A stretch of DNA of 64,000 bases from Carcharhinus longimanus (GCA_030264375.1 JASCQW010000027.1:82750173-82814172), one strand, 5' to 3'. Positions 25,635-38,689 are shown, counted from the stretch's first letter. Numbers and translations: made by a program. The notes: a model not told the origin generated them from the letters alone.

Positions 25635-27954
25635 AGATCAGTCAAGGTCTCATTAAACAGAGGCACAGACTTGATGGGGTAAATGGCCTATTCTGCTCCT
25701 ATGTCTTATGGTAATTACCATTTGTATTTTTATGGCACTTCTGGCATGAATAATCCTAGGGGTTAGTCTGTGACAATGTAATAGATAATAAAGACAACTA
25801 TACCTGACTAATTTATTTGTTTTTTTTCCAAGTAATGAAGCACTTTTCAATCTCACCATTTCCAGCATGCCTCATTCAGTTTTTCCCTGATTTCTTTTCA
25901 AAGTGAGATGGATGAATTGCTAACCGTGGTAGAGATCACAATATATGAGATAAATCTTCTGCTCACTGCCATCTCTTGTGATTCCTCCTTTGAGATCAAA
26001 GAGATATTTCCTTGAATTCTTTTTCCATAATTAGCCGGGTTTTTTTTCTGTTCTTTCCACTCACCCAGGAGTTTGTATTACAGGCTTGTGGAGAGGTAGG
26101 GGTAGTGTCATAAATTGCAGCCTGACAGTAGAGAATTATTCAATGAACTATTTATGGCCCTTTAGTGTGTTGTGTTCATATGCAACTATGCTACAAATAT
26201 TCATAAATGTACCTGCATGCAGCAAGCTATTTATTTGCTGAAGCATACGTCCTTACTAAATTTATTCCTTTAAAGACACTAACTGATGATAGTGTAAGAA
26301 ACAGTAAGGTGATTAACCATTGTACACAAAGTACCATAGCTACCTCTCTCTCCATAAGAGAGAGGTTGGTTGTGTACACGTTGAAGGGCATGACACTGTA
26401 AGCAAGGTGAGAAGAGGGTTTCCATGTGCTGTTGCCATAATGTTGTATCATACTCTGACCATCTAAGCTGACCAACTCCTACAGTAAGAAACAAGCCATC
26501 AAAAAAGTACAGAAAGTGTATCCAGTAGACAATGGAGAACCATATAGAAAAAAAGTCACAGATATTCTGCAAAAAGATCCAGAATGATATTGAGATGGTA
26601 AGACTGAGAAAAGCAAAGAGAAAAACAAGATGGACTATGTTTACTATCATTGTTTGAGCAGTGACCTGATAGAGCAACCCATGTGCTCATTATAGAACCA
26701 AGCCAATTTCAATGGATGTGAAAATTGGGCAGGATCCATAGACACTCAAGTGGTGTGGATAAAAATGAGCCCCGTAGACAGAAGATGGAAGGCATTAAAC
26801 AGTGGTAGACAAGCTGAAATATTGATGGCAATCTGTCATTATCATAAAATTCCAACCTCATTGAGTTATCTGGAACATTTGTAGAAGTAGACATCTTCCA
26901 TTCCATCTCTTTTTCCACAGACTGTTTCCTTTCTATCAAATCTTTCTTCTCCTACACAAAATATTTGAATGCAGAATGTTTAAAAGAATATAGAGCTAAC
27001 ATTAGTTTTCATACAGACGTACAAATATAAGACATTACGAGTGAGAAAGCACCATCCAATTTATCGTCTTTGCTCCTTTGTTTAGGCCTTTTCTCAAGAT
27101 CTGAGGGGATTTTAATTTCCTCTGATAGTGCAGCAGTTAATATATTCCCTTAAGCTTCCTTTGCAATATATTTTAATGCTGATGGTAATGCATAAAACAT
27201 TAGAAATTAAAACAGAATTAGAAATTAAATTAGAACACAAAAGGATTGTATATGAATGTACTAACTAGAGCAATGCCAGAGGAAATTAAACTTTAAAAGT
27301 GCCCTCATTTTGTTTGTTTCTTAGTCTTTAACGCATCTTCAATAATACAATATTAGATTTCAAATATGTAATTTTATCATTGGTATTTCTGTAGAGAGTG
27401 AGATTTTTGAACTTCAGGAGTGAAAGGGTGAAAGACATGCAGGAATGCAAGCATAGAAGACTTTCCTATTATTGTTTCTGAGTAAATTGGATAACCTGGG
27501 TACAGCAAATGGAGAAAAGGGTGTATGGATGGAAAATTGGCATGCTTTGCTACAACATTCCTCGTTGCATTCCGTGTGGGCATCCCAATGAGACTGGTGG
27601 TAAAGATTTCCTATTTGGAGCAATGCAGCAAGTTCCTTTGATTAGCTGCATGCTTAATGCAGGTTGAAACCCATGACCATGTTTAAGAGTTTTGTGCCTC
27701 AGCTTCTGATCCACAGATAGTTTCCTGTTTGCACAATTTCTCCCCATGGGCCCCAATTCATAGAGCAAAGACGCACTTGTAAATATCCCATTACTTGCTC
27801 TGGCAAAGGCATCTGTATCCATAGGGGAATTAACTCTTTAGCTATCTGGAGTCAAAATGGAAAAGTCCCAAGCATTGCTGACAGGTCTAATGACTGGTTA
27901 ATCTATTGGTTAGGGGCATGCCTAACTATTGGTTAGATGCACCATGGTGCCACA

Positions 27955-28216
27955 GGCTGCCATGGTGGCACAGTGGTTAGCGCTGCTGCCTCACAGCACC
28001 AGGGTCCTGGGTTCAATTCCTGGTTTAGGTCACTGTCTGTGCAGAGTCTGCATGTTCTCCCCATTTCTGCGTGGGTTTCCTCCAAGTGCTCTGGTTTCTT
28101 CCCACAGTCTGAAAGACATGCTGGTTAGGTGCACTGAGCCAAACAAACACCAGACTGTGGCGACTAGGGGAATTTTACAGTAACTTCATTGCAGTTGTGA
28201 CTAATAAATAAACTTT
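27955..28216 (+). mobile_element. V-SINE-like SINE with alternative 3' tail
   Basis: Same head and V domain as the HE1-like copies, but the tail is gtggcgactaggggaattttacagtaacttcattgcag...gactaataaataaacttt. Confidence 0.8.
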
Positions 28217-28704
28217 TTTAAGAAAACTCTACTTTGGGTCAAGTGACCCTAAGGGGAAGATTGCCCCTGAGAGGGGACAACAAACAAATTCAATCTTCTA
28301 ATATAGATTTTTTTAAAAATTAAAGATGTGGCTCTAAAGATTGGACTGGTGCAGGGTGTGGAGAAACAAATGCGTGAAGAGAGAACATAGAAAAATGATT
28401 GCACAGGAAACATTGAATGTTTATTTGACATTATAAACTGCTGCCTTTAATAGTGTATACTAAACATAAAATTTGATTATACTTTAGAGGATATTTTGCA
28501 CAGATGTGTAATAGTAAATCACTAACACCCATCATGCAGTTTATTATAGAAATGTGAGAAGTGCAGGTAGCAGTGTTATTGAGAGAAAGAAACCTTGGAT
28601 AGGATTTTCTATCCTTTCACAGCAGGGATCGGTGAGCAATTCACCGGTGACAGGATCTTCTGGCTCTGCTGCTGTCAATGAGATTTCTCATTGACTGCAC
28701 CCCG

Positions 28705-29940
28705 GCATTACTAATGGCATAACCTATTGCTGAATCCCCCAGCTTTAGTATCCTGAAGGTTATCATTGACCAGAAACACCACTGGAGAAACTGTATAAAT
28801 ACTGTGGCTACAAAAGCTGGTCAGGGGCTGGGAATTTTGCAGCAACTAACTCACCTTTTGACTATCCAGAGCCTGTTCACCATATACAAGATACAAGTCA
28901 GGAGTGTGATGGAATACTCTCCATTTGTCTTGATGAGTGCACAGAACATTCAAGGGGCTTAATATCACCTAGTACAAAGCAGCCTGCTTGATTTGCACCC
29001 CATCCATCATCTCCAAAATCCACCCCCTTCACCACTGATGCACAGTGGCACAAGATGTACAGCAGCAACTCACCACACTCCTTTGACATCACCTACCAAA
29101 CAGGTGACCTCTAACACTTGGACTGATGGTAGACTTGCTCTAGAGAGAACTTCAGTGTCTGGTACTTTGTCTTGCCATCTGATGTGAAGTCTACCGTCAG
29201 TCCACACACTGCTGATGAGAGCGCAGACCCGGTGGGCAGGTCATGTCATCCATACGTCAGACGAGCGCATACTCAAGCAGCTCCTTTTTGGGGAACTCTT
29301 TGCTGGAAGTCGCTCACGTGGAGGGCAGAAGAAACGTTTCAAAGACGCACTCAAGGCCTCCCTGAAGTCGCTTGACATAGACATGACCACCTGGGAAATG
29401 CTGGCACAAAACTGCCCTACCTGGCGCTGCCTCATACACAAGCTTACAAATCAAGGTGTATTGCTGAAGCACAACTTAAGTGCGAGCTGTGCAAGTCCAG
29501 AGCCACCAGCGCAACAACTACAGTGTCTACACAAGTCTGTCCAATATGTGCAGGATACTCTGTGCCTGAACTGGCCTGATCAGACATCTTCGGACACACC
29601 GCAACCAGCCTCAGAATGACTAATGGTGTCGAGGTCCTCATCGATGACAATCGAAGAACAACAACAACACTTGGAAGGATAAGGGTAACAGATGTATTGG
29701 AACATCACGACATGCAACTTCCCCTCTGAGCCCCACACCATCCTAACTTGGAAATATATTGCCATTCCTTCACTGCTGGATCAAAGTCCTAGAACACTCT
29801 CACAAGCAGCATTGTGGATGTATGTACATGGACTTTGGCAGTTCAAGAGGCAGTTTACTATCACCTTTTCAAGGGCAATTAGAAATGGGCAATAAAATTG
29901 CTGACCTAGCCAGTGATTCCCATAAAAGAATAAAAAGAAA
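28705..29940 (+). mobile_element. CR1/L2-group LINE 3' end, interrupted by an RTE insertion
   Basis: Decayed ILxVxIDQK and TIYKIQVRSVMEYSP motifs. Its tail gggcaattagaaatgggcaataaa is shared with the SINEs at 31.8 and 32.9 kb. Homologous to 36660-37165 and 61670-62010. Confidence 0.75.
29123..29665 (+). mobile_element. 5'-truncated RTE-clade (BovB-like) LINE
   Basis: RWAGHV...DERILKQLLFGEL..GSRSRGGQKKRFKDALKASLK. Frameshifted C-terminal CPIC...HLRTH. (CAA)n tail. 10-bp target-site duplication AACACTTGGA at 29113-29122 and 29666-29675. Confidence 0.9.
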
Positions 29941-31752
29941 ATTCAATTCCCTACTTCAAAGCACCCTTAGACAAAAAAATGCCCTCTCCAATGTCTCCTT
30001 AACTGCATCTCTCCTCAACCACTCCCCAGGACACTCGGATTCTAACGCTGCTCAAAATTTGTACTTTCTCCTTCAGTACTCCTGATACTGGAAATTTCCT
30101 GTTTTCTGCCTCCCCAATTCTCCTGTGCCTCAGTACTAGCACAATGCAGACACTCCCAGCACCTGGACCTACAAACATATTAGCAAACTCAAACATCTTG
30201 CCCCAATTCTAAAAAGCACGCACATGCTCTGTAGTCAAAAGGTGAGTTAGTCACTGCAAAGTTCCCAGCTCCTGACCAGCTCTTGTAGCCAAAGGTGCAG
30301 TGGCACCTAAATCTGGGATTTGTCTCCTCCTCCAACCCATTTACAGTGCTGTTTAAAACCCTATTACACTACCCCCACCATTCCACCAATGCTACTTCAG
30401 GCCACAAATCAGTCAAAAAACTGATACATTGAATAAAGTAAAAGTTAAAATTAATAAATGACTAAAACAACTTGTAATCAAAGCTGTTGATTTGCATTTT
30501 TCATGTAAGAAATTTGACTTACTGTCAGAATCCCATTTTATGAAATGAAATTTGATTTAGTCATCACTAAGTCATCGTAACTTGAAACATTTTGCGTTAG
30601 GAGACATAACAACCCTGATATAAAACACATTATCCTCTGGCTGACTGAGAAACAACATAAAAAAGTGAACAACACATCTGGAATGAAGTTCTGATAGAAT
30701 GGAGTCATCTCTGCTGGAATTTTAATCCAGAAGTTCAAACTACAGATGTAAAAGTTACTGAAATACTCTCCTCTAAATTTGCTTTTGAGTACAAAAACTT
30801 TACAAGATATTTATTTTCCTTTCTTGAATGGAAGTTCAGGTTAGGATGCTGGTTCATGCTATTTACTTCAATTGAATATAGTCTATTCCATATCCAGGAT
30901 TCTCTGATCTATGTAATATAAAAATTAATGAATGTGCTTCTCTCCAACAGGTTAATAATCTGATTGGAGATACCATCCTAAAGAGCTGGTACTAAGAGAA
31001 GAAACAAGATTTGCTTTAGTTAATTGGTACTGATGGTGTTGAGGCCATTTTGCGTTGCTGGCACATATTTTGCCTCAGATGATAATGGTCTTACTGTCCC
31101 CTTCCATTCAATACAAGGGCTTGCTGCAGAAATAATTCCTAATAATCATTTTAATCCCAAGTGGTTTAATCCAGTTTTTTTTTACATTTCTTGTGTAGAC
31201 ACACTTTCACTTTTTTCTTGTACGTATTGTATCTAGAATTCATCTTTAAATGGAACTACTTGTGCTGGTTGAACGGAAAAATACTGTTTATAGAAGGCTC
31301 TTTGTAGGTGCCAGATGCGCACATCTTTCAGGCAAATTCAGGTGTTAACTTTAATTTTCAGAGAAACAGATGACATTGTCTATTTGGAGTAAAACTCCAG
31401 TAAAGTTGGATTGGCTTGTTTTAAATAAGAGGAATCTTGAAATGTAAGGAAAAGTAATTACCCTTCAATTGAACTATGAGAATTGTTCTTTCCTCCTTCT
31501 CTTTACTATAACTATCAAATTTATTCAGATTTTTCTCTGAAATGTGAAAATTGACAAGTACCTTATTGCTGGCAGTTTACATCAGATTTCTGCTGAATAA
31601 AAGAAAAACAGGTGAAGATTGCTATTATTAGCTTGAGGGGAAAACATGTAATGCAATTCAGCTGTGACTTGCCCAAAGTAAAATGAATAAATGTTAAAAG
31701 GGGTTGCAGAAACCTTTGTGGCAGCAAGACCAGTATCGCTGTAGCAGAGAGG

Positions 31753-32113
31753 GGAGGCAATGGCCTTGTGGATTTATCGCTAGACTATTAATCCAGAAGC
31801 TCAGCTAATGTTGTGGGATCTGGGTTTGAATCCCACCACGGCAAATGGTGGAATTTGAATTTAATAAAAATAATTCTAGAATTAGGAATCTACTGATGAC
31901 CATGAAATCATTGCCGATTGTCAGAAAACCCCATCTGGTTCACTAATGCCCTTTAAGGAAAGAAATCTCTATCCTTACCTGGTCTGGCCTACATATGACT
32001 CCAGAACCATAGCAATGTGGTTGTCTCCCGACTGTTTTCTGAACAAGGGAAATTAGAGATGGACAATAAATGCCGGCCAGCCAGTGACACCCATGTCCCA
32101 TGAATAAACAAAA
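31753..32113 (+). mobile_element. tRNA-derived SINE sharing its tail with the CR1/L2-group LINE
   Basis: B-box-like gggtttgaatccc, core ctggttcactaatgccctttaaggaa...ctggtctggcctacatatgactccag and tail gatggacaataaatgccggcc. Confidence 0.75.
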
Positions 32114-32883
32114 TAAAAGGAGGGTGTTCATGCCATGAGAATTATTTTATCCAATTCATTTACTGTGTTTGCAGAACCTGCAGCATAGTTACAACACAGA
32201 CATAGGCCATTTGGTCCTCTGTGTCCACGTTGACTCTCTGCAACAGCAATTTGGCTGTCCAACTCCCCAAACTTTTCCCCTTAGGCCTGCAAATCTTTTC
32301 TTGGATCATAACCAGTTCTCTTCTAAGGGCCTCGATTGAATCTGCTGCCACCCCATTCTCAAGCTGTCCAATCCGGATGCTAACCTCTGAATTTGGGGAG
32401 GAAAGAGAGTTCTTCCTTCTGTGCTTTCTTTGCCAATTCATGAAATCCTTACATCAACAAGAACAGTTTGTGTCTAATGCCTCATGATTTTGAATTCTTT
32501 CAAATTTTTTACTATCTTTTATTGACTAATAAAAATAAATTCATAATTAGTAAGGGAACTGGCATTTTATTTCATGGACTTAATCCATTGACCATTATAC
32601 TAAATTCTCCAGTTTACCCAGGCAACTGAAGTTCCTAATTGCTGGAACCATCCTGATAAGTGTTTTCTATATCCTGTTTAATATATTTGCACTATTTTTA
32701 TATGTATCTATGGAAACAAATCCACAAAATGGCTGATTCATTCATTGTGACATAGTTTTAAAATCTAAAGTGGAAAATGTTACCCCACAGAGCGCCATAT
32801 ATAAAAAGTCTCTGCTGGATTTTCACCACATGAAGGGCTGGCAGTTGTGGTTAGCTTATGAATACAGCACCAGTTATCATAAT

Positions 32884-33246
32884 GGAGATGGTGGTGTCGT
32901 GGTAATGTCACTATCAGTCCAGAGACCAAGCCTAATGCTTAGGGGGACATGGATTCCAATTCCACCACGGCAGCTGGTGGAATTTAAATTTAATTAATAA
33001 ATCTGGGATATAAATCTAGTCCCAGTCATGGCAACTATCATCATTTGTAAAAAAAAAACATTCACTAATGTTCTTCAGGTCTTTACCTTGTCTGGCCTAT
33101 ATGTGATCCCAAACCCATAGCAAAGTGGTTGGCTGACAAAGACCCTCTGAAATAACCTTGCAAGCTCAGTTCAGGGGCAACTGGAGATGGGCAACACATG
33201 TTGGCCTTGCCAAGCATGCCCACGTCTCATGAAAGAATAAAAGAAA
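32884..33246 (+). mobile_element. tRNA-derived SINE, same family as 31753-32113
   Basis: Colinear similarity to 31753-32113 across head, core and tail. Confidence 0.75.
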
Positions 33247-33460
33247 AAGAGAGATACGAAAAATTTGAAAATGTATTTGCATTTGTGAACTCTTGCCCAG
33301 CAGTGAAATTGTGAATGTTGGAGCAGAGTTCTTGTGCTTTAAAGAATTTTAAAAGATAAACATAAATCTTTTTCAGAACATTTGGCAAATTTGGAAATAT
33401 CATTTGAATAATATTTTTGTCAAATCTGAAGTTTTGGAGGGATCCTTTAGACATATACAA

Positions 33461-33666
33461 TGGCCGGACCCTCCGGCTGTTAATCCTGGCAGGATCTTGT
33501 GGTCCCACCAGTGGCATACCCCTGTTGTGTGGTCCTCGGTGGTGTGGGGTGGAATTAATGGGAAATCCTATTGGCAGTGGCAGGATCAGAAGAACCCACC
33601 AGTGGCAAATGGTGTGCTGCCTCCCACTGCAAGAAAGACACAGCAGAAAGCCAGAAAACCTCCCCC
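33461..33666. mobile_element. Harbinger-like MITE
   Basis: GC-rich, with ggcaggatctt.tggtccc and aatgggaaatcctattg blocks related to 28599-28704 and 24231-24470. Confidence 0.45.
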
Positions 33667-35694
33667 ACTATCTATCGACATACTTTTCTTGTTACAAACA
33701 CCAAAATGATTCATTAGTTTCCCACTGTTCAAATACACCGTTAAACTCATGGTTTAAGGTTATAAATATTTTGCTTTCCAGAAGATATTTTGTTATTTTT
33801 TTCCTGAGTGTTACTGTTTCAGTGAAATGTGCGAAGTAATTTAATATAACAGGTTAAGTCCATAAAATTGAATGACAGTTCCAGTTACTAATTAACTATT
33901 TTTCACTGTATCCCAATACATGTGACAATAAATCAAGTCACATTACTAGTTATGAATTTATTTTTCATTGGCAAACAATGCATTTTATTGTATTGATGTG
34001 ATTTGGGAAAACTATTTTGCTTTACCCGATGATCTAAGTGACTTGCAACATAAAATGGATAGTCAAAAATTACCTTGGGAAGATTCTTTTTCCCTCAAAG
34101 CATATGTAGAGTACACTGTCAAAATGATGTTTTTAAAATACAGAATTCATGGTGACACTTATTTTCTGCAAATTTACGGAGTCACCGGATTGCTTTGAAA
34201 GGCTTCCAGTACATGCTGTTAAACAACCGAAGGCAAAACTATGACCTGGATTTTATAGTCAGTTCTGCAGAAATAGGTCAACATTTTGCAGCTCTCCGAC
34301 GATGTGTTTTTGTACAATATTTGAGAAGTTATTTGATTAACATGCTAAATGTCTTTCTTATGCACCAGTTGATATTATAATATGGGTTGGAAAGGTTCGC
34401 TATGCTGCACAAGTGATGAAAGTGCTGAATGACGATACAAAAACAATTTGTTGGTAGAATATTATTGCTGTTGAAATTTGTTTGTGATTGTAATTGGTGC
34501 TCAGTTTTGGTGAAGTTTCGATGTCCTGTAATTATGTCCTGCGTATATGGAACAGATAAATTGCTTTCCCTATGGGTGGGGGAGTGTAAAATAAATCACA
34601 TTTTAATGAGATATGCTTTGAAAATATTTGCGTTACCATAAATCACTAATGACAAGCTGACATTTTTGTACAGTTGCACTTTTAAAAGTGTAGTTGCTCA
34701 TTGGGTTCTACTTCAATGGTGTCATTCGAAAAATACATTGTATGGAAATGAGCCATGTCTGCTCCAAACGTGTGACAGTTGTGACAATTGTACCATGCTT
34801 GGCTGTCGTCAAATTGTAGAAATGTTATAATTTGATTCTCATTGGCTATTTGTAAAAATTAGCATTAGAGCTGGTATTAAACAGTGGGATATGTAGTCAG
34901 TTTTCCTTTTGTCTAAAACTGCTTTGTCAGCCATTCTGGTGAGACCATTAACCTGGTTAAAATATCTGGGTTAATGTTTTTCTTAAAATAGTGGAGATTA
35001 GCAGTCCTCTCTTGACGCAACTACAATGAGATCTATTTTGAGTAAAATTGAGTCAAAGATGAGAATGTCTAATCAAACTTTCCATGTTATTTACACTCGG
35101 ATTAACCAGGCTGCATCTAACTGTGGCTTAAATGTTCCGTGTCTATGACTGCTTATCTTATTAATAATTGTTTGAAACAGATTTGTTTTACTTTTCTTAA
35201 GTTTATGTCATCTTGTCCTACTTGGCTATCCAGCTTAAAAGAGTCTGGCTCCATTTTATTTGCAGCACTTGGGTGCACATAAAGCAAATAAAAGGCAAAC
35301 CTTGAATGTCACATTTCCTTGATTCCGAAATTCTTATACAGTTTCAAAATTATTTTTGGGGTGAAAGCTTTGAACCTGAAGTGTACGATAATAGTTTTGA
35401 GCAGAAATTCATCAGAAAACAAATAATCTAATCCCAGGAGATCCAAAGTTGAACATTCATGGATATGAGTAATCCTTTCATTTCATTGACATCGCTCCGT
35501 TTGGAAGTTTGAGGTATCACTTTGTTGTGTGAGGCAAGCTTGTAATGAAGAAAAACCTGTTTCCCAAAACTATTTTGGCTTCAGCTATTGTGCAGCATTT
35601 TATATTCATCTTTATTTAGAGAAAGTTCAAGACATCCTTTTTTTTCATTTTTCTGTCTGTCATGGTTTCAAAGAGGATTTTATGGTATTTGCAG

Positions 35695-35807
35695 GAATGC
35701 TGCAGAATGGAAAGAAGTTTGATTCTTCCAGAGACAGAAGCAAGCCTTTTAAGTTCAAGATTGGCAGGCAGGAAGTAATTAAAGGCTGGGAAGAAGGCGT
35801 GGCACAG
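35695..35807 (+). CDS. FKBP1B: FKBP1B coding exon 3
   Basis: Acceptor tatttgcag. 113 nt encoding (G)[37 protein letters not shown]. Donor GTATCA. MLQNG is FKBP1B-type (FKBP1A has MLEDG). Confidence 0.97.
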
Positions 35808-36364
35808 GTATCAATTGCATGGTTATATATTTAAAGATGTACATTACACCAAATACTTTTAAAAGACACATTGAGATGTTATGTTAGGTGCAGCTAAATT
35901 CAGTAAAATCAAGCAAATTTAAAAATCAATTATGGCGTCTGTGATAAGAGTCCAACTTTCATGACATCAGTTATGATTGTATGTATTGCTAAGACAGTAA
36001 ATAATAGCCTTAAACATAAACATCCAATTTAAGGGAGCGGTGAGACCAAGTGTGAAGTTGAATGAAAGTGTTGGTTGCTTATGACTCTTACTAATCAAAA
36101 AGGTTTTTGTGATTGGCCAGCACAAAGTGTGGTCTGCTCAAATATTTTCAGAGGTTGATGAAACGGCAGACAGAGTTTGCTGTGGGGCAACAAGGTGTTG
36201 ACAGTACAGAATAATTAACTGAACAGTGCAATTACTGACTCAAATTTTCTATTCGTGTGGAAAATGTTTTATCATAACATTAAACAAGTGGAAGAAAAAT
36301 ATATACTTTTAAACGATTGGAAATTAATACAATCATAACCAAAGAGTGAATTATTTTCCAATAA

Positions 36365-36496
<132 letters not shown>

Positions 36497-36659
36497 TGAA
36501 GTCCTTAATTGATATTTGGTTGCAAGGTACAGAAGCTTCTTTAATAACATTACATTTTTTTTAAAGAGTTGTCTTTGAAAGATTTCATCTGAAATTTTGG
36601 AGTTATAACCTCAATCCCTACATCAGGACACTTTAATACTTTAAATATTGATTGCACAA

Positions 36660-37165
36660 TGTTTAGCACCATTACAGACGACTCAGATACTGAAGAAGCT
36701 CATGTCCAAAAGCAGCAAGATCTGGCTTGGTCTGCCAAGTTTGTCCACATAAGTACCAAGCAATGACCATTTCCAACAACAGAGAATCTAATCATCATCC
36801 CTTGACATTCAATGGCATTACCATAGCTGAATCCCCACTATCAACATCCTGGGCATTAGCATTGACCAGAAATGGAAAGAGACTAGTCACATAAATACTG
36901 TGGCTACATGAGCAAGTCAGAGGCTAGGAATCCTACAGTGAGTAATTCGCCTCCTGACTGCCCAATGCATGTCTACCAACTACAAGGTACTTGCCTGGAT
37001 GAATGCAATGCCAGTAACAGTCAAGAAGCTTGACACCATTCAGAATAAAGCAGCCCACTTGGTTAGCACCCCATCTGCAAAGATTCATTCCCTCCATCAC
37101 TGATGCACAGTGGCAGTAGTTTGTATCATCTGCAAGATGCACAGCAGGAACTTGCTGTTTAGGCA
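36660..37165 (+). mobile_element. CR1/L2-group LINE fragment inside the putative 3'-UTR intron
   Basis: aatggcattaccatagctgaatccccactatcaacatcctggg...attgaccagaaa...ataaatactgtggctaca matches 28705-29100. Confidence 0.75.
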
Positions 37166-37772
37166 AGTAATATTATAAACTAATAAAATAAATGAGTAAA
37201 GTATAATGAATTCATATTTGCTCTGTTTCCTATCAATTTTTCTATAAATTCAATCCATGTTGACTATTGACTATTGTGAGCATATTTGGTGAAGACAAAA
37301 TTTTATATACAAGCCTCAAACAAATGAGGAATTTAATACCCGGCTGTAGTTCATCTCTTTAATCTGCTGTCTTAATAGTTACATCACTTCCCTGTCCACT
37401 TTCATTGTGCATCATCATGAAATGATAGTCATTGCTGGCCTACTGTCCCATGCAGTCACGGATGTTTGGCTTCATTAGCAGAAGAGAACATTTGGCATAT
37501 TTCATTGAGGATTCAGAATTTGCAGGAAAAGATTTTGGGGGAGAAAAAGAATTCAAGTTCTAGCTCAATTCTAGCTTGAATAGATGCTAGATAGCATATT
37601 TCATGACTACTCAATCTTGGTTGCTCATTTCACCAACTGTTTACCAGTAGGATTGCAGTTATTCTACTTTGAATAAAACATTGGTATCTTGATGCTAAAA
37701 AGCTTGTTTTAAAAAAAACAAGAGTTCATTGACATGTAATTACATTTTAATTTTATTTTTCTCTTTTTAAAG

Positions 37773-38260
37773 GGATGACATAGGGAGTCCTGGGTTTCAA
37801 TACAATGGAATAGATCTTCAGTGGCTCACAGAAGCCAGTTAGAAGACTTTTTGTCATATTGATTTTAAAATGAAAACAATCCTACCTAGCTACCTACATC
37901 CTGTTTATTTTGCTCTTGATACTTGGAATTGTTAGTTTTGACTACCAGTGTTGTTAATTTGTAGATCCTGTGCTAATGGGATTCATATTTCATTCTTTTT
38001 CATTTCTGGTCTGTTTTGATTGCATGCAATATTTAATGAATTTAAATAATTTCTCAATCATTTGATAAATTTGACCTGACTGGGTCCTAATTTTTAAATA
38101 GCAAAGACCTTAAAGGCATACAAAGATTTTATGGAATTAAAATAAATGGGCTTTCATAAGAAACTGCAGGACGTGTATTTGCCAGTCTTACACTGAAGCA
38201 AGAACTGATGTAAAACTTAATTGCTTGTTGAAATAAAAAAAATCACCTTTAAAAAAAAGT
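37773..38260 (+). other. FKBP1B: Putative non-coding terminal exon (3' UTR) of FKBP1B
   Basis: Long U-rich tract ttttaattttatttttctctttttaaag ending at 37772. Candidate donor AAG|GTACAG at 36526/36527. Repeat-free, AU-rich sequence with AATAAA at 38141 and 38232. The end coordinate is approximate. Confidence 0.55.
38232..38237 (+). terminator. Candidate polyadenylation signal (AATAAA) of FKBP1B
   Basis: AATAAA followed about 35-55 nt downstream by GU/U-rich ttgtatggttttcttatttt. An alternative AATAAA lies at 38141-38146. Confidence 0.45.
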
Positions 38261-38689
38261 AGTCCCAGCTAATTGTATGGTTTTCTTATTTTATCTGTTG
38301 GGACAGTTATTATTGATTTTAATCTTGGATTCTGGCAAAACTCCCTGAGCTATCAGTTTGGTGATGTGCAAACACCTTAGAACAAAACAGAAATATGTAG
38401 CATTCTAAATTGATTTTACAAAGAATTGAGTAGTTCCAGTAATCAAGTATACAACTATCAGCCCGATGTTAGTAAGTCCAAGTGTGCAAAGAATATCGTG
38501 CACAGAATCTTGTGCTTTAGTCAAATTGTGTGTTGTGTTTTCTCATTTAAGCCATTGACTGGAATGTCATGTGATAATGATGTAACTTGCAGTGACGAGT
38601 CTAAAATGCAGATAAATGACCTGTTCCTTCATATTAATAAAATTTTACGACCTACTCTCCTTGCATCTTATCTCTGGAAATCAGAGGTA

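Noticed and set aside
25964-25982. CTCF-like motif (also near 45697)
   Set aside because: Several mismatches to the consensus. Such matches are expected by chance in 64 kb.
26380-26900. Gypsy LTR gag/protease remnant
   Set aside because: Only a vague resemblance (KPISMDVKIG) with no clear catalytic motif, too weak to annotate.
35529-35834. 101-aa ORF as a standalone gene
   Set aside because: Only 35695-35807 is FKBP-like and it is bounded by AG/GT. The rest is intronic read-through.
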